Of a stretch of 64,000 nt of DNA, positions 24,591 through 38,400 are shown piece after piece. A program made the translations under genes and the position numbers. Position 1 is the stretch's first letter. Each line of letters begins with the position of its first letter. The DNA is from Vicugna vicugna (taxonomy: Eukaryota), in NCBI GenBank assembly GCA_013265495.1, contig MU058781.1, forward strand, positions 9,467,009 to 9,531,008, given 5' to 3'. The notes under the pieces are model-generated. The model ran no database searches and was not told where the DNA came from. It saw only the letters and a program-made list of their open reading frames with translations.

Positions 24591-25704
24591 TTCCTTCCAG
24601 GTTTGCTTTTAAAATATGAAACATGATCTTAATGACATTAACTTACTCTCTTATGGATAACAAAAACAATGCCAAGTTATGTTTTATATAATAGTTTTAA
24701 TTGTATAACTGACAGCACTGGCTCTCCCAGAACATAAGTTTAAGTAGTATTTCCTTTCCCTTATCTTACAATGTTTCCAATAATTATTTGGGGGCAAATC
24801 ATAAAGAACAATCCAAGGAGAGGCTTGGCAAAGACAAGAAGCCTGCAGGCCTTGGGGTGGAGAACTCATTCCAGACATTTCTTGTTGGGCACCTTCTTGG
24901 TCTCGTCTTGGGAGTGAGTGGTGTCCCCCATACCAGCTAGGGTTTTGACTTTCTTGGCTGTTGCGGTAGGTGTGAGGCCACACATAATGCAATTAACAAG
25001 TAGATCACTATGTTCCTTTTTCCTTTAAACATAAGGAAAGATGCAGTTAAAACATGGGTGCTGCTTGCCAGCGGTATCTTTGGCAGTGTTTTCGAGGTAG
25101 GTCCAGGCTGCCGTGGCAGTGAGGTGTCGGTGTGCCGATGTTAGTTTCCATCCTTTGTTCCAGGCAGACCCTGTCCTTCAGCCCAGTGTTGTGAGTGTGG
25201 CCTTGGCTTCACCCTCTGCCGGGATCTTCGTACTGCCAGCACCCACTTCGTGGCCTTGCAGAAGGGCTCTCTTTGAGATCTTCAGAGGAGTGTGACAACT
25301 TCTCCTACAGCCTCCCACTCCTTGTATCACTTTCAGGTCTCTCTTTGCTGCTGGTCAAGTCATTTTGTTTTTCTTGTTTTGTCTTCAGAGATCTGTAATC
25401 TCACTAGGTCCGCTGTTCTCGTGGTCTCCGTTTTCCAGTGGTACCTTGTTTTGTGTGTGAACAGCTCAGATTATATTCTACCCTCTTCTCTTCCCCACTT
25501 CCCATCCTCGAGGTCCCTGGGCAGGAAGCAGGAGAGGCTAGTGCTGTTACGTGGATTGCTGGGTTCATGGATTCTTAGGAGTCAAGACCTAATCTAACTC
25601 ATTCTTCTTCCTCTTGATTTCCTTGTGTTCTTGTGCCACAGAGTAGGGTAAGAACTCAAATTGTAGAAGCTGAGAAATCTGGACTATAGGCATTAATGTT
25701 TACT

Positions 25705-25905
25705 ACAGTAGAAGTCAGAAGACTTGCTTCAAGTGCCTTCTGCTATTTTTCAGTTGTAAGGCTTTTGCCAAGCACGTTAACCTTTTTTAAACTTTGATTT
25801 CCTCATCTTTAAAACAGACATGGTATCTGTCTTTTCTATGGTGCCACTGGGAAAACCAAGTGAGATAGTTCATGAAGAACCTTCAAGTTGTAAAATGAGT
25901 ATAAC
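25705..25905 (+). mobile_element. MIR SINE
   Basis: agtcagaagacttgcttcaagtg...ccaagcacgttaacc...tttcctcatctttaaaa...aagtgagatagttcatgaa. Confidence 0.7.
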
Positions 25906-25984
25906 TAACTTGTCTGAGGTAATATGCTCAGTGTCATGGGAGAACTAGTCTACCTAGAAGAGTTTAAAAAAATAAACCAGGCAG

Positions 25985-26190
25985 GGTTTAGAGTGAGAAG
26001 ACCTGGGGTTGAGTCCCAAGCATGGTACTTGCTAGCTGTGTGATCTGCATTAAATTATTTAAACCTCTTAAAAGTTTACTTTCATAGACTTAAAAATAGA
26101 GATAATAACGTGGGGCATGAAGTGATGATGTGGTGTTAACATCAAAAATTACCATGGGTGGTGCAAATGTCAGCTGTTCCATTATTATTC
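25985..26190 (+). mobile_element. MIR SINE
   Basis: agagtgagaagacctggggttgagtccca...acttgctagctgtgtgatct...aattatttaaacctct...taaaaatagagataataa. Confidence 0.75.
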
Positions 26191-29100
26191 TCCCAAATTG
26201 TGTAGTGATTCGAAGAAATAATTTTTGGATATATCTAAAAATACCATATTGTGGAATCCTGAGAAACTAGGGAATATTTTTTTATGATCAAGGCTGCAAT
26301 TACCATAAAGGGGCTAATTTTGGAATCTACAGTTAACAGAAGGACACCAGCCAAGTTCCCTTAGCTTCCACATAGATAATAGCTCTCTTGACTAATGAAG
26401 TGCATTCTTTTATTTTTTTGGGGATCTTGAGATAAAGAAAATGTTCCCTATTTCATCCTTTTTCATATTCAATAGACTTAATTGGATACCTGTGCTAGAA
26501 CTTTTATTAAACCTTTGGCATCTTAATGTTCACATGTTTAAAAGAGAGATTAAAAATACTTGCCTTGCTAGGTGGGAATGTTGTCAAGGCAAAGTTGAGA
26601 TAATTATAAGATTTTGGAAACATGAAAGCTAAAAAATATTATGCCGTAATTTCAGTGTTTTGAACCAAACATTAACCTTTTGTCTAAAAGTACTTCGTTT
26701 TGGATGGACTAAAAGATCCTTTAAAAAACAAAAACATAACAAGAAACTCAAAAGAACTAGGATTGCTCATTATTTTAAAAATTATTTCCTGTTGAAGATC
26801 TGTTTCATTATGGTGGCCTTGAATTTCATAATTCAGTATAATATGAAATATAGTTGAAGTCATTTCTTTAAATAGTAAAGATAAGTTTTAATACTGAAAC
26901 TTCATGTATAGAATAACAGGAAAATTTTTACTGTCCCAGCCAGAAACAAAAATCTGAAGGGCAATATTATTTTTCCCACAGGGCAATTTTAAGGAGTAGT
27001 CAAACACCTTTCAATGTCTGGTGAGGCAAATACACAAATACCAAATAAGGGAGCTAAGGAGTCTGTCAATGTAACTAACAAGAATTAAGAATTGAGGGAT
27101 GTATTGTATTTTGTACCCTGCTGAGAATGGACTTTTTACATGCAAAAGACTTCTTCCCAAGAGTTCATGTCACTTCTACTATTTTTAAGTGTTAAAATAA
27201 TTTGGTTCTATACAGTTAAGTTTTTTGGTAATAATTGAGTTGGACTTTTCTGTTGTCTTAGAATAGGTGCTTTGGGCTTCAGTTCAAACTGGAAGATTTG
27301 AAGACCTTGCAGTCTGAGAGTCTGGACCATTTGAGGCCGGACACCTCTCCAAAGAGCTTAGCAAAGGAAAGCAAAATTGGCCCTTCTGCCACCAGTTACG
27401 AACTCCTACCCTTACTCTGAATATTTTCTTATCTGCGTAGAACACTGGGGAAGGAGGGAAGAGAGAAAGATTCATTAGCTTTATACCAAAAATGTGAGGG
27501 AAAATTCCAAGAGAATCACCTATGGAGAGATTGAGGGTGCCTGGAAGAACGCAAGACTGGTTCTGGATTTTCTCGTTAAATGTCCACTCGGGCAGACTTG
27601 CCTACCTGCCTCTGTCCCTAACTGGGTTGGAAAAGAGCGAACTGGAGAGGCACCACAGGAAGTGGAGCAGCTGACACATCCCCTGTTTAGTTTGGCAAGG
27701 ATGTGGGAATTCTCCAAGGTGAAGTGAACACTGAGAATGATCTTGAGCCATCTTGCTTGACTCTGTCCATACGAGGGTGGCTGCTGGTAAAGGGAGCCAA
27801 GAGGTGGGTGGAAGAGGTTGAGTCAGCACTGGGATCAGATCTACATCAGAGAAGCTGAGTGGTGAGGAGGTCCTATAGGGCCCTTGGGAGGATCCACACG
27901 CCAGCCAGCATTAGCTAAAGAAGCGATCATGGCCACTCACGTAGGGAGACACTTGACTTTCCGTCCCTCCTACCAGCTGCTTGCAGATCAAGCCCAGAGG
28001 AAGGGAATGAGTGAAAGCAGATCCCCGCCTTTCCCGTTTGCAGTCCAGGCCAGAGCTTTGCCTGCTGTTGGAGTGGGGGTTTGCATAAAACCACAATCCA
28101 ACTTGAGAATAAATTTTAAATAGGCCTGGAATTTTAACAACCAGAAGTGACCCCTAGATGTGAGGTCTGCCTAAGGTGACACTGCAAATGGGAATTGGTA
28201 GCTCTGATGTGAGTAAAGTGATTTTCTGTTAATTGCCCACTAGAGAGGATAACATTGAATAAATCCAGTTGTACAAATTCTCCCTCTTGTCATTTTGATA
28301 TCAAATACTCATTCCAATATCCAGATTCATCCCACAAACACTGGTATGAAGTGACTAGTCTCCAGGAGTCTTACTGTTAAGCATGTCACCCTTTTTCATA
28401 CTGTGTATGGTGTAAAGTGTCTGTAAGGATAAGGGGACTCAAGGCACTAGATGTTGGCTTACGTGAGTTATCTGTGATACTTGGGTGGCCACTTTGTATG
28501 TGACTGGAAACGTCTTCATGGTAACAGTTGGAGTTCTGAGGTTGATAGAGTGCAGGGCAGATCCCTGAGACATAGGAAGGCTAGACACTAGACAAAATTA
28601 TGCAGAGAGAGCTTGATGGGGTGGAAGAAGCTTCCGTGCTCCTTATTTGCTTAAGAAGACTAAGTGCCGTATGTCAACACAACCTGGTGAAATGCTGCCT
28701 CATAAAGGGAGAAACGGATACACGTCTTCCCTAATGTTTTCCAGGAGGTCAGCAAGTGAACTGAGAGGTGGATCCAAGATTTCATGTATCAGCACCGTGG
28801 GTTTTATCATGTATGTAATCCTTTTTTCCCCCGTTACTGTCAAGGTTTTAAAGGGGGATTATGGTTGGGGTTAGAGAGAGAGCAGGAGATTCAGGCACAC
28901 GGCACCGAGTTGTTAACTCTCAGAGGCTTGAGATTTGTTGGCTCCTTTTCAGTTGTGGAATAAGAGCACTCCAAGGGAGTGCTGTGAGGAGCTGGCTTCA
29001 TGGAGAAAATGTAGCTTTTGGGAAGCTGGCTTTTGAAGCTGAGACAGGATAATAGGTTGGTGAGTGTGAAGAGGGAATTTGCTTCTGGTTTAGAAAACAG

Positions 29101-30269
29101 GGAGGGAGAAGGTGATGGTCCCATGCGGTCTTGGGCTGTAACCGTCCTTCAGCGGGAGCAAATGGTTCTCTAGGTGAAGCTCAGTTTTCCATCGAGTGTG
29201 TTTTCTGAGTTTCGACAAAGCCTGGGTGTACCCTCTCGTGAAGTGTCTATCTCTGTGTGTCCCTATTGCCAGGGCTGGGCTGTCCTCTTGGCCAACTGCC
29301 CATTTCCTTTGTGTCTGAAAGGAATATTTCATTTCAGTCAAATCTTACAGATTTAGGGCTTGGGAAAAAGAAAGTGTCAACAGCGGCTCTTTTCCCTTCT
29401 CTCCCTCATGTTATTGAAAGTCCCGTGCCCATTTGGCAGATGAGAACACGAGTTATGCGTAGAAGCAGACACATTAGGTGTGAGGCTGGGAAGGAGAGGA
29501 AGAGCTGCCCCACCTGGGCTTTGCTGAGTGGGGAGTTCGAATCTAGGCAGTGGACAGAATAAGATGTAGGGAAGAGAGGCGGTGGGACTGCGAGCTCCTT
29601 CAGGGAGGGCATTCCAGGACAGGTCCCAGCCGCTTGGGGATGACAGGATTCCAGGGAAGAATGGAAGCACCTCAGTGGCCCCACCTCCGGCTCTTGTGCA
29701 CACTGTTTTGATTGCTTCACAGGCACTGAGTCACCTTGTTAAGTGACATCCCTAATAGGGAGGTGGATTTACTCCTTGCCCCAAAGCTACTGGGAGCTTA
29801 GTCAGGAAAGACACGTAACACAAACGTGCAGATACCTACACCACCAACGAACAGGGCTGCTGTCATTCAGTTAAGTGGCTTGCCAGGCGGAATGAGGTTA
29901 TCTTGTCGGGAGCCCTCTGGCAGAGGGTTAGATCAGTTGCGGAGAGATTGGCAATTGCATGTGACTGCCAGGCATCAGCAGCAGTGTCGTGGGGTCGTGC
30001 TGCCTTCTAGGGAGACTTGCTTTTGACATAGAGGAGGAGAGAGTTAACGGTTCTCATCCGCCATGTGCTTTAGTGAGGTTTTTTTTTCCCCTTGAAGATG
30101 CTTTGTTTGGGATTATGAGAGTGCTTAAGTAGGTGCCTTGCTCATGCCACTGTATCAAGTCTTAGAAGCCCATGAATGTGATGGCCAAAAAGTCCCGGAG
30201 GCTCCCTGGGTCAGACACAGAGGGGCACATGTTTCCATGTCAGTTTCCATGTGGGTTAGAATTCTGGGC

Positions 30270-30410
30270 TAGAAGAGCACATCTGCTCTTTATTTTACAG
30301 ATGAGGAAGTTGAGTCCCAGAGAGGGAGCAGTTTGTCCCTTCCCCTGAGATGAGCCAGCAGAGTTGATATAAAAATCTAGATCTTCTGATGCAGCCCAGT
30401 GCCTTCCTCT
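30270..30410 (-). mobile_element. MIR SINE
   Basis: ttttattttacagatgaggaagttgagtcccagagaggg is the antisense MIR core. Confidence 0.75.
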
Positions 30411-31013
30411 GTATGGGGAACTGTTTCCCTCATTAACTTGAGATTTGCTGGAGCCGCAGGACTACATAATGGTTGCGCATATGTGGCTGTTCGTGCTGCA
30501 GCTGAATTAACTCATCACGTTGGTCTGATCCTGAGCGCGTTTCCGCAACACGTGGTGAATTGGTCTTGGAACTGGGTGCCAAGAGGAGGTAGCATCTTCA
30601 TCCAGGATGGTTCTGTCTGCTGCAGGCTCTGTGTGCTCTTCTCCTCTGCCTCGACTTGTCTCAAGTCTTTTCCGCCCGGAGGCAGGGACCCAAGGGGTGG
30701 AGCCCAGCGGAGCTCCTGTAAAGGCATGTAGCCCCGAGCTGAGCCAAATTTGAGCCCATGGAGTGGTATTAATTTTGACTCAATATACTTAAAAAAAAAA
30801 AACAAAAACCAAGGGCAATCATGGTTTCAAGTTGGATTTAGCCCTGTTTTAAGACATTTGTTTGATGTGTTCTGAGACTGAGAAGGAGGAGTATTGCCCA
30901 GGCTTCCGGTGATGAGGATTCCCTTGAAGTTTCTCCTTCAAACTCATGTTACCTCTTACCTTATTTGTTGGCAGATTTGGTGCAGTGGATTTTTCTGATA
31001 AGAAATTCAATTT

Positions 31014-31114
31014 TTTTTTGGCTAGCTTTGTTTTAATTGAAGTATGATTGATTTATGATGATGTATTCGTTTCTGGTGCACTGCATGGTGATTCAGTTCT
31101 ACATACACATTCAG
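31014..31114 (-). mobile_element. Short LINE-1 3' tip with degenerate TSD
   Basis: ttttaattgaagtatgattgatttatgatgatgtattcgtttctggtgcactgcatggtgattcagtt; TSD taagaaattcaattt (30999-31013) / taaggaattgaattt (31115-31129). Confidence 0.8.
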
Positions 31115-32829
31115 TAAGGAATTGAATTTAGATCATGCAGTTATACGTAAGGTGATTTCTTAAGGGGACTTGTACCATTTTAGGCCAGCACTGCAATCAA
31201 ATAGGCCCCCATGCTGTGGGATTTGGAGTGTTTGTGTTGTGGTGATGGTCACCCTCCCTGAGTTCTTCATTTAGTACTCAATGCATGGTGTATCAAGTTA
31301 AGTAACTGGATTGAGGGACCCAGACAGCAGCTACACACGGTTCCTTACTTCTGCGTGAAACGTGCTGGCCCCCATCACTGGAGTTACGCTCACTTCATTC
31401 ACTGCCCATCCTAACTTTGTGCCCTGACACTCATTCTTAGAGAAATAAGAAAGGTTCCATTTCCTAATGTTTCAAGTGGCCCACCAAATTGGCTTTCACG
31501 GTGGTTTTTCTCTGGGTGCCTGATTCCTGAAAACCACTGTCACTAGAACCTGCCGCTCCATGCAGTGGCCTGAGGCCCTCGAGCTGCGGTGGGGGTGCAG
31601 CTGCTTCTTCTGTCCCAGCCCTTCTGAGGCCCCCTGGGTCTCCTCATTGCGTCTTCTGCTCCCGGGGTCCCAGGGACTGGTTGCTCAGTTAGCTCTGCTG
31701 CCTATTGGAGGCCTGTGCAGGTGGGAATTACCACACTTGGGTCTCTGGTTCTGTCTTCTTGAGAGCTGGGAATGCAGAGGAGGATGGAGGGCAGAGAGCT
31801 GTCCAGCAGGCCTATGGAGCTGGAGTGGTGGTGGCCCATTGCTTTAGCCAGATGCTCAGAGGCGCTGGGAGAAGGTAAATAAAAGCACGCTTCCTTCCTC
31901 CCTGTTCCTACAAAACCCATGTCCTCCTTGCCCCTGCCTCAGGCTCTTTCCTGCATAGGTTCTATAAATTACTAGCAGTTATCACCTTGGGTAGATATGG
32001 AATGAGAAAAGTTTCTGTGCGCCTGTATGGAAACGTAATCACTATTGTACGATACTGTTTCTATGAGACAGCTGTATTCTGGGTTCCAAATGAATTACCA
32101 GCCTTCCTTAGGGATAGGAACCAGGTGTGTGTTTAGGAAAGTAAATGGAGCTTTGATTTCTGGGTCTTTTTAAGCTAGTTCTTCACTTTAGAATCCAGAA
32201 TGGTGATGGTGTTGAAGCTACCCAGAAGGGCAAAGAGCATCTTCTTCTCTGGCATTACATCTCGTTGGCTTCCTCCACCTGCTTCTAACGTCTCTGTTTT
32301 CCTTTTGCTGAATATCTTCCAGAGGATCATGTTTTGATTTTTGGATAATTTTACTTTGCGAATACAGCCGATAGTTGGGACTGGCTTTGAAAGTACTAAG
32401 CAGAGTTTTCTCATTTTAGAATTTTTTTTTTCTTGACTGACTTTGCTTAATATTGTAAACTCAAGAGGAGCTCCATGGTTGCAGGTCTGGTATCGATTAT
32501 CATTAATTCTTCCCTTTATGATTTTGCCACTTAAATACACATTTAGAAGCAAACCAAATAAACATTGAATAGCGTAAGTAAATTTTTGACTTGGGTGGTC
32601 CAATTTCAACATGTGCTTAGCTTTGAAAGGTGGTTATAGAAACATTACAGTTCACCAACCCATTAAATGACTGCCATAGATTTAAAAAAATTTTAAAATG
32701 TATTAATTCAGATATTTTTAAAAAGAAACCTTGGATTACTTATAATTTATTGAAATACAAAGTAACTGAAAAGGTAAATCGCACATTTGGGTGCTTAGTC
32801 TCTTTCCATTTGGCCGGTATAACCTGATA

Positions 32830-32965
32830 GACTGTGACTTCCAACTCTGTAACTTTGTTTAAGCCACTTAACTTCCTGAGCTTTAGTTTCCTCATTTGTG
32901 ACAGAGAATATGTGCTCGTTGGTTCCCAGGCTCTCTCACTTCTGAAATGCTAGGACTCTGTATCT
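32830..32965 (+). mobile_element. MIR SINE
   Basis: ctgtaactttgtttaagccacttaacttcctgagctttagtttcctcatttgtga. Confidence 0.7.
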
Positions 32966-35900
32966 CTGTGAATGTCAAAGGTAACGTTAAAAAGGATCAT
33001 GTGAAGCCGAAGGTAAGCTATTGACTCCACAGTAGAAGTGAAGAGATGGCAAGTTGTGGAATAATCAGTAAACGTCTAAAATTAGCATATAATCCTGAGC
33101 CTTCTTAAAAAAGTCAAGTCTTTATTTATTGTCCTGTTTATTGAACTGTGCCTACGGTTGGGAAAATAGACGGGGCATCTGGAAAAAAATATTAAAAAAA
33201 ATACTCATAGGCAGAGACTATGTGCCTTCAGTATGTTACATTGTGATGTGTGGTGACGCTGCCATTAAATGCGGTGCCAACCGCGTGAGTCAGCCCCCTG
33301 AGAATCAGTTTGGATTTGGCCCATTGGTGTTCTGGTGGCTTCTGGATTGTGGGTTTAGAAATCAGAGCTTCTTGAGTGGATCTTTTACTTCCACAGGCTT
33401 GTCACTCCCTAGTAAAGAGAGAAGTCCATTTCCTTTTGGTTTCTGTTCCACATCTTTTTGTGACTATCTTTACTTTCCCCCTCTGGTGATCCATTTCCCT
33501 ACATGACAGTTAGAGTTTCTTTGGGGGTGATTAGTTGTCCTGAGTTATTTCCATTAAGGATTCTTAGCTGGTTTCCTTGAGAAAGAATTGGGGATTAGAT
33601 GTAAAACCATTGTAGAAAGGGTAGTTACATACAGAGCAAAGATACTAAATGTTTATTAAAAAAAATGACCCTTTAACTTAAGAGGCTCAAAACCAGACGT
33701 GGGTTGTTGTTTAAATCTGGTTCCTGAAGCAGAGCAGAGCCTGGGGCAAGGCACTGTGATTTGTCACAAAGGCAGCCCTTGGGCAAATGCTAATGACACC
33801 TGAAGGAAGAGTGACCACAGTGTTTCATTGAGGTTCCTTTGATCACTCTTAACTGGTTTTTAATATTACACCAGCATTGTATGAGAAACCAAAACATTTC
33901 TCAGTACTCTGGAAGTCGTCTGCCCCCCTTCTCTGAACTGAGAATGAAAGATGACTGTTTTCTCCATATCTCATGTAAGCAACTCTGTCTTAAACTGTAG
34001 CGGTGAGGACTTCTGAGTGTTCCTTCGCATTTGTTCTGGGAAGAGAGAGAGCACCAAGATCGTATCTTCCTACTGTCCCAGGACCCTGCTCAGTGCCTGC
34101 AATATAGGGGAGACTTGCTGCTGTTGGGCTTCTTGTTGAATTGGGGTTTTGAGGACCCTGCAGGAATCTTGCCTTGAAATCTTTATAAACCAGATAAAAT
34201 CTAATTGGTCGGGGAAGGCAGAGAATAAGATGAACCTTGTCTCTTTTGTCCTTCTGTTTAATCTTTTTCAGAAATGAAGAGTTTTTTCCCCCTTAGAAGT
34301 GTAATCATGTGTTTTTTTAAACTATAAATGTGGAGTGTTAAAATTTATTACTAAATGTAAATATTAAAGCATAGAGTTGATGAAATAATTTAATAAAACC
34401 CCATAAACCTTATCGTTCAGTAGTAAGCTAGTGAAATACGATTAAATCCTTAGAAATCAAAGGAGACAAAACTCAAAATGTTTTAGGGACCTTGTTAGGG
34501 TCATGAGTTGCTTAAAGTGGGACAGAGTCTGGCCACGTGTATTCTGCCTTTTTGTTGAAGAAACATGGATCTATTACCATCCCGACTTACAGCTGAGTTT
34601 TGGGTAGGTCTTTTTCTGTATATTCTGTGGCCATGTTTTCGCTGTTACTTTGCCACCTCCTTGCTCGACTCGACACATTTACGTTTCTCCAGAATCGGTG
34701 GTTCTGCTGTCAGGGCACCCTGCCTTCCAGTCCCTCCTGCCGAAGGAGCTGCAGTCCTGCGCCGGGACCAATGTTAGGGCTGCAGGTCTGTGCAGCTGCG
34801 TCGATGCCTCGGGTACCTTTGGGCAGAGCTGTGTTTGTCAGTTGGTGGTTTTGACAAGTTATAAGTAAAACACCATGAAAGCCTCTGTCTAGATTCTTAT
34901 CTTTCACTCCAGCAGAATCAGACAGAGAAATGAAGTTGAATGTTGGGCCGCCTTTGTTTACAAAAGGAGGTGCTGGTGTTTGGAGCAACTCAAGCTGCTA
35001 AAACAGAACAGGGCCTAGGGATGGGGGAAAGACAGCATAAAGCTTTATGTTAAAAGCCCAATGTGTGGAATTCAGTTTATTTCTGAAAGACGGAAACATA
35101 CCATCCCGGAATGTAAAGGTGTTCATTTTATGAATAGAATGAAATCTTCCTCAGTATACCTGAGATCCCAGGATGGGTTAGTAAAGATATACTCTTAGAT
35201 GTGAAACATGATCTCCTTTTAAATGTTTCCCTTTGTTTTGTGTTCATGAAAAAAAAAAGAGAGAGAGAACTCCCAGGTAAGTCTGAAGGGCCGAGAAGAG
35301 GTCTGTTGTTAAGGCAGCGGCGTTTTGGCAACATGGGATGTTGCAGGGGATCTGAGTGATTGTGGGACTTATTTTTAGACAATACAGAGTCACCCCTGTG
35401 AGCAGGGAGGAGTTGGGAAGAGTAGATGTGTGTGGAGCCAGCTTAGCCTGGAGTTACCTGTAGTCGCTTGAAGCTTGTAGAAAACTGGAAGAAGAAGAAA
35501 TTACCAACTAGAGACTCATGCAAACCTGCTCATATTGTGCTGAAGCCACGTGTCTGATCTGTGACCCTCCCAGCTTGCCTTACAAGGAAGATGATTGGGG
35601 TTAGAGGAGTTATATTTTAGTCCACAAATTCCTCTTTACCCTTCCTTCTTTAGCCCAATTGCAACTCTGGTAAGTGGGGAAACTGATAAGTAAGCACAAG
35701 TAAGAAGATGAAGTCATTTACCTTGAAGTTTCTTTAAACCTTTAATTATTGTCAGCAGAAGATCTCGTTTCTTTGGAGCTCCTGGTGATGTCTTAGTTTT
35801 GTGGCTGTTGGTGTTTTTTTGACTCTTATCAGAATGAGTCATCCTTTGATTTGGAGATCTAGAATAACATACCATCTACTACAAAGGAGTGATCATAGTT

Positions 35901-38084
35901 GTTGGTCTTGACACACAAAAATTGGATGAATAAGATTATCTAAAAGTTTTATTTAGTTCGTGCAGCAAGCCTGTGTCTGTGTTACGCCGTGGCACTTTGA
36001 AGACAAGACTGCTGTCCCCCTGCTTTCGCGGGGCTCTGGGGCTCTTCTGGCCAGTGCATGGCTGATGGCTCAACTCAGTTATCCCTGTTCCTCAGGAAAG
36101 GAAATGACAGAGATGCAAGGGAACATAAAGCCCTTGGCACACGACAGGTGTTTAGCAGACACGTGGTGGGCAGAATTCTGCAGTGGATGGTTGGCGATGG
36201 AAAGCTGTAACTTACCAGCCCCATGTAGACTGCACAGGCTCACACAGTGTGGTCTGGGAGGAGAGCTGCTGGCGCTGACTACTCCCTTGCAGACTCAGCT
36301 TAGGGGGGCTTGGCAGTAGATGTTGAATCTTGATCCATGTTGTCCTTCCTCTGTGTCCCTGCTTTTGAAGGCTTTCATTGTCTGAGGAGTGTGGTTGTCC
36401 TGATCTCGTTACCCTGTTTTGGCCAAGGATCAACAGGGGAAGCCTCACGCCCCGAAGACCTCCTGCAGCTTAACTAGTGGTATCAGGACGCCTGATGCTG
36501 TGCAAGCAATCTCCTCACTGAGAGCTTTCAGAATGAGATTGCTCTTTGAAATGTTAAAAGAAAGTGGAATAAAAATGTGCTTGCTTTTCCATGTAGATTG
36601 ATTAGCTGGCGTGGAGGGATGGCTGGCCTTTGAAATCTATAGGCTTCGTGTTGCAGGCCTGACCCTCCTGACCTCGGTAGATTAGTGATGGTCTACGCAG
36701 CCTGCTCTGTCAGCACGTCTGGCCGGGCCAGCACAGATGGTGCCAGTTGGAGAAAATCTCTGTTGAACGCTGCAGTGCAGCCTCGCCTTGGCCGAGGAGC
36801 CTCGGGAGGAGGAGCCGAGACCCGGTTGTTTACAGATGAGTTGCTGCCCAGTGCCTTGGAACAGACCAGTGAGGATGCCAGCCTGGGTTTAGGATGCATT
36901 TGCAGATTATGACTTAAGTAATGCTTTCTGGTTGTAGCTCAGGCTCTCCTGGGCCATTAAGCTGCTGAGATTTCTAACAGGGTCTGTGGCCTTGGGGTTG
37001 TTCTGAAAGGGAATTTGAAACTAGGACTGAGCTCATTCCAAGGAGTCAACATAATGCAAGACTTGTTTTCCCAGCCTGAGGAAAATGCGAGTAGGCTGGA
37101 GTGGGGGCAGGAGGAGTCTTCAGAGTTTGAGTAATCAACTTAACTCGGGCAAAAAGAATTTTGTTTCAGAAAGTGGCACACATGACCTCTGTCCTTTCAG
37201 CTGCCAACGGTGTCTGGGTTGTCAAATGGGACCCTGAGAGTTGATGATTAATACTGCTTGTGTGGGGTCAGTCCTAGAAAAGGTGACTCTGCTCCCCAAA
37301 GATAGAAAAAGATCCTCATTAACATGTGTGTAGCCATTGCCTGGGATAGTCTCTCCACAGAGTTGAACTAAGCTGAGACTGTAAGTCTGCTCTTCCGAAT
37401 TAGACATCGTACTCTGCCAGTTCTGGATTGGAGTTGCACTGGTAGCCTAGTGTTAAGGGAATGTATCCTTTTCAAATACTTGTATCTGAGCTACATCCCC
37501 ACAGGTTGAAGACAGGAGGAAAACCTGTTGAATGTAAGATGTGCAGGTGTCTGTCACTGCAGAGCACCACTCAGGCAGTCCCTGGACTTCCACCGTTGGT
37601 AACTTTAATTTGTGTTCTTCCTGTCACATTTTAGCTCGTTAAGTCTCCATCCAGGTGAGTTCTGGCTTTGCAACTTATTACTGTTTAACTGACCTATGTA
37701 TGGGATTCCTTTTGGGTTTGTTTTATGATATGCGTTGTTGTCTCACTCTTGAAGAATCTTCCTTGGAGGTGCTACCGTTGCAAAGTGAGCTGCTTTTTTA
37801 AGCTCTCACTTGAGAAAAGAAGTTGACAGTGACTTCAGAAAGCGGATTATGTTTTTCCCCAAAGATGTAAGGAAATGGATCTAGTGCGCTGCATGCCGGT
37901 GCGTTTGAAATCGGGACGTAGGGGCATGGCCTCGGGGGAGCTCTGGCAGAATGAAAGGGCATTTGCTCCGCTCACGCAGTGGGCACTCTCTGAAATACAG
38001 CGCCGCTTGCTAGAGTCTGGACGAGAGACTCGGCGGACTTCAGTCTGACAGAAGTCTAGCTCTTCTTGGTTAATAGAGCGTAGC

Positions 38085-38400
38085 TCAGGCCAGGATGGCT
38101 TTATTGATGAGATGTGAGGCGGAAGGAGAGCGGGGAGTCACGGATGACTCCCGAGAGGAGGTAGGGGTGGTGGGAAAGCTGGTGGGTGATGAAATGCACT
38201 GGCAAGAGGAAGATGAGCTCAATTTTGAGCAGTTTGTACTTGAAATGCCCATTAGGTCCTTGGATTTCAGGGTCGGGATTTGAGCAGAGAGGTCTGATCT
38301 GGTGTAGAGAGAGAAACTGAGGAGTTGACACACAGCCCATAATGAAGCCACAGGAGTGAATCCGGTTGTGCAGAGAGCTAAGGGGAATGGGAGTGAGTGA
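38085..38400 (-). mobile_element. L2 LINE body fragment
   Basis: gatgtgaggcggaaggagagcggggagtcacggatgactcc...gatgagctcaattttgagcagtttgtacttgaaatgcccattagg...gagaggtctgatctgg...tgaagccacaggagtgaat. Confidence 0.8.
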
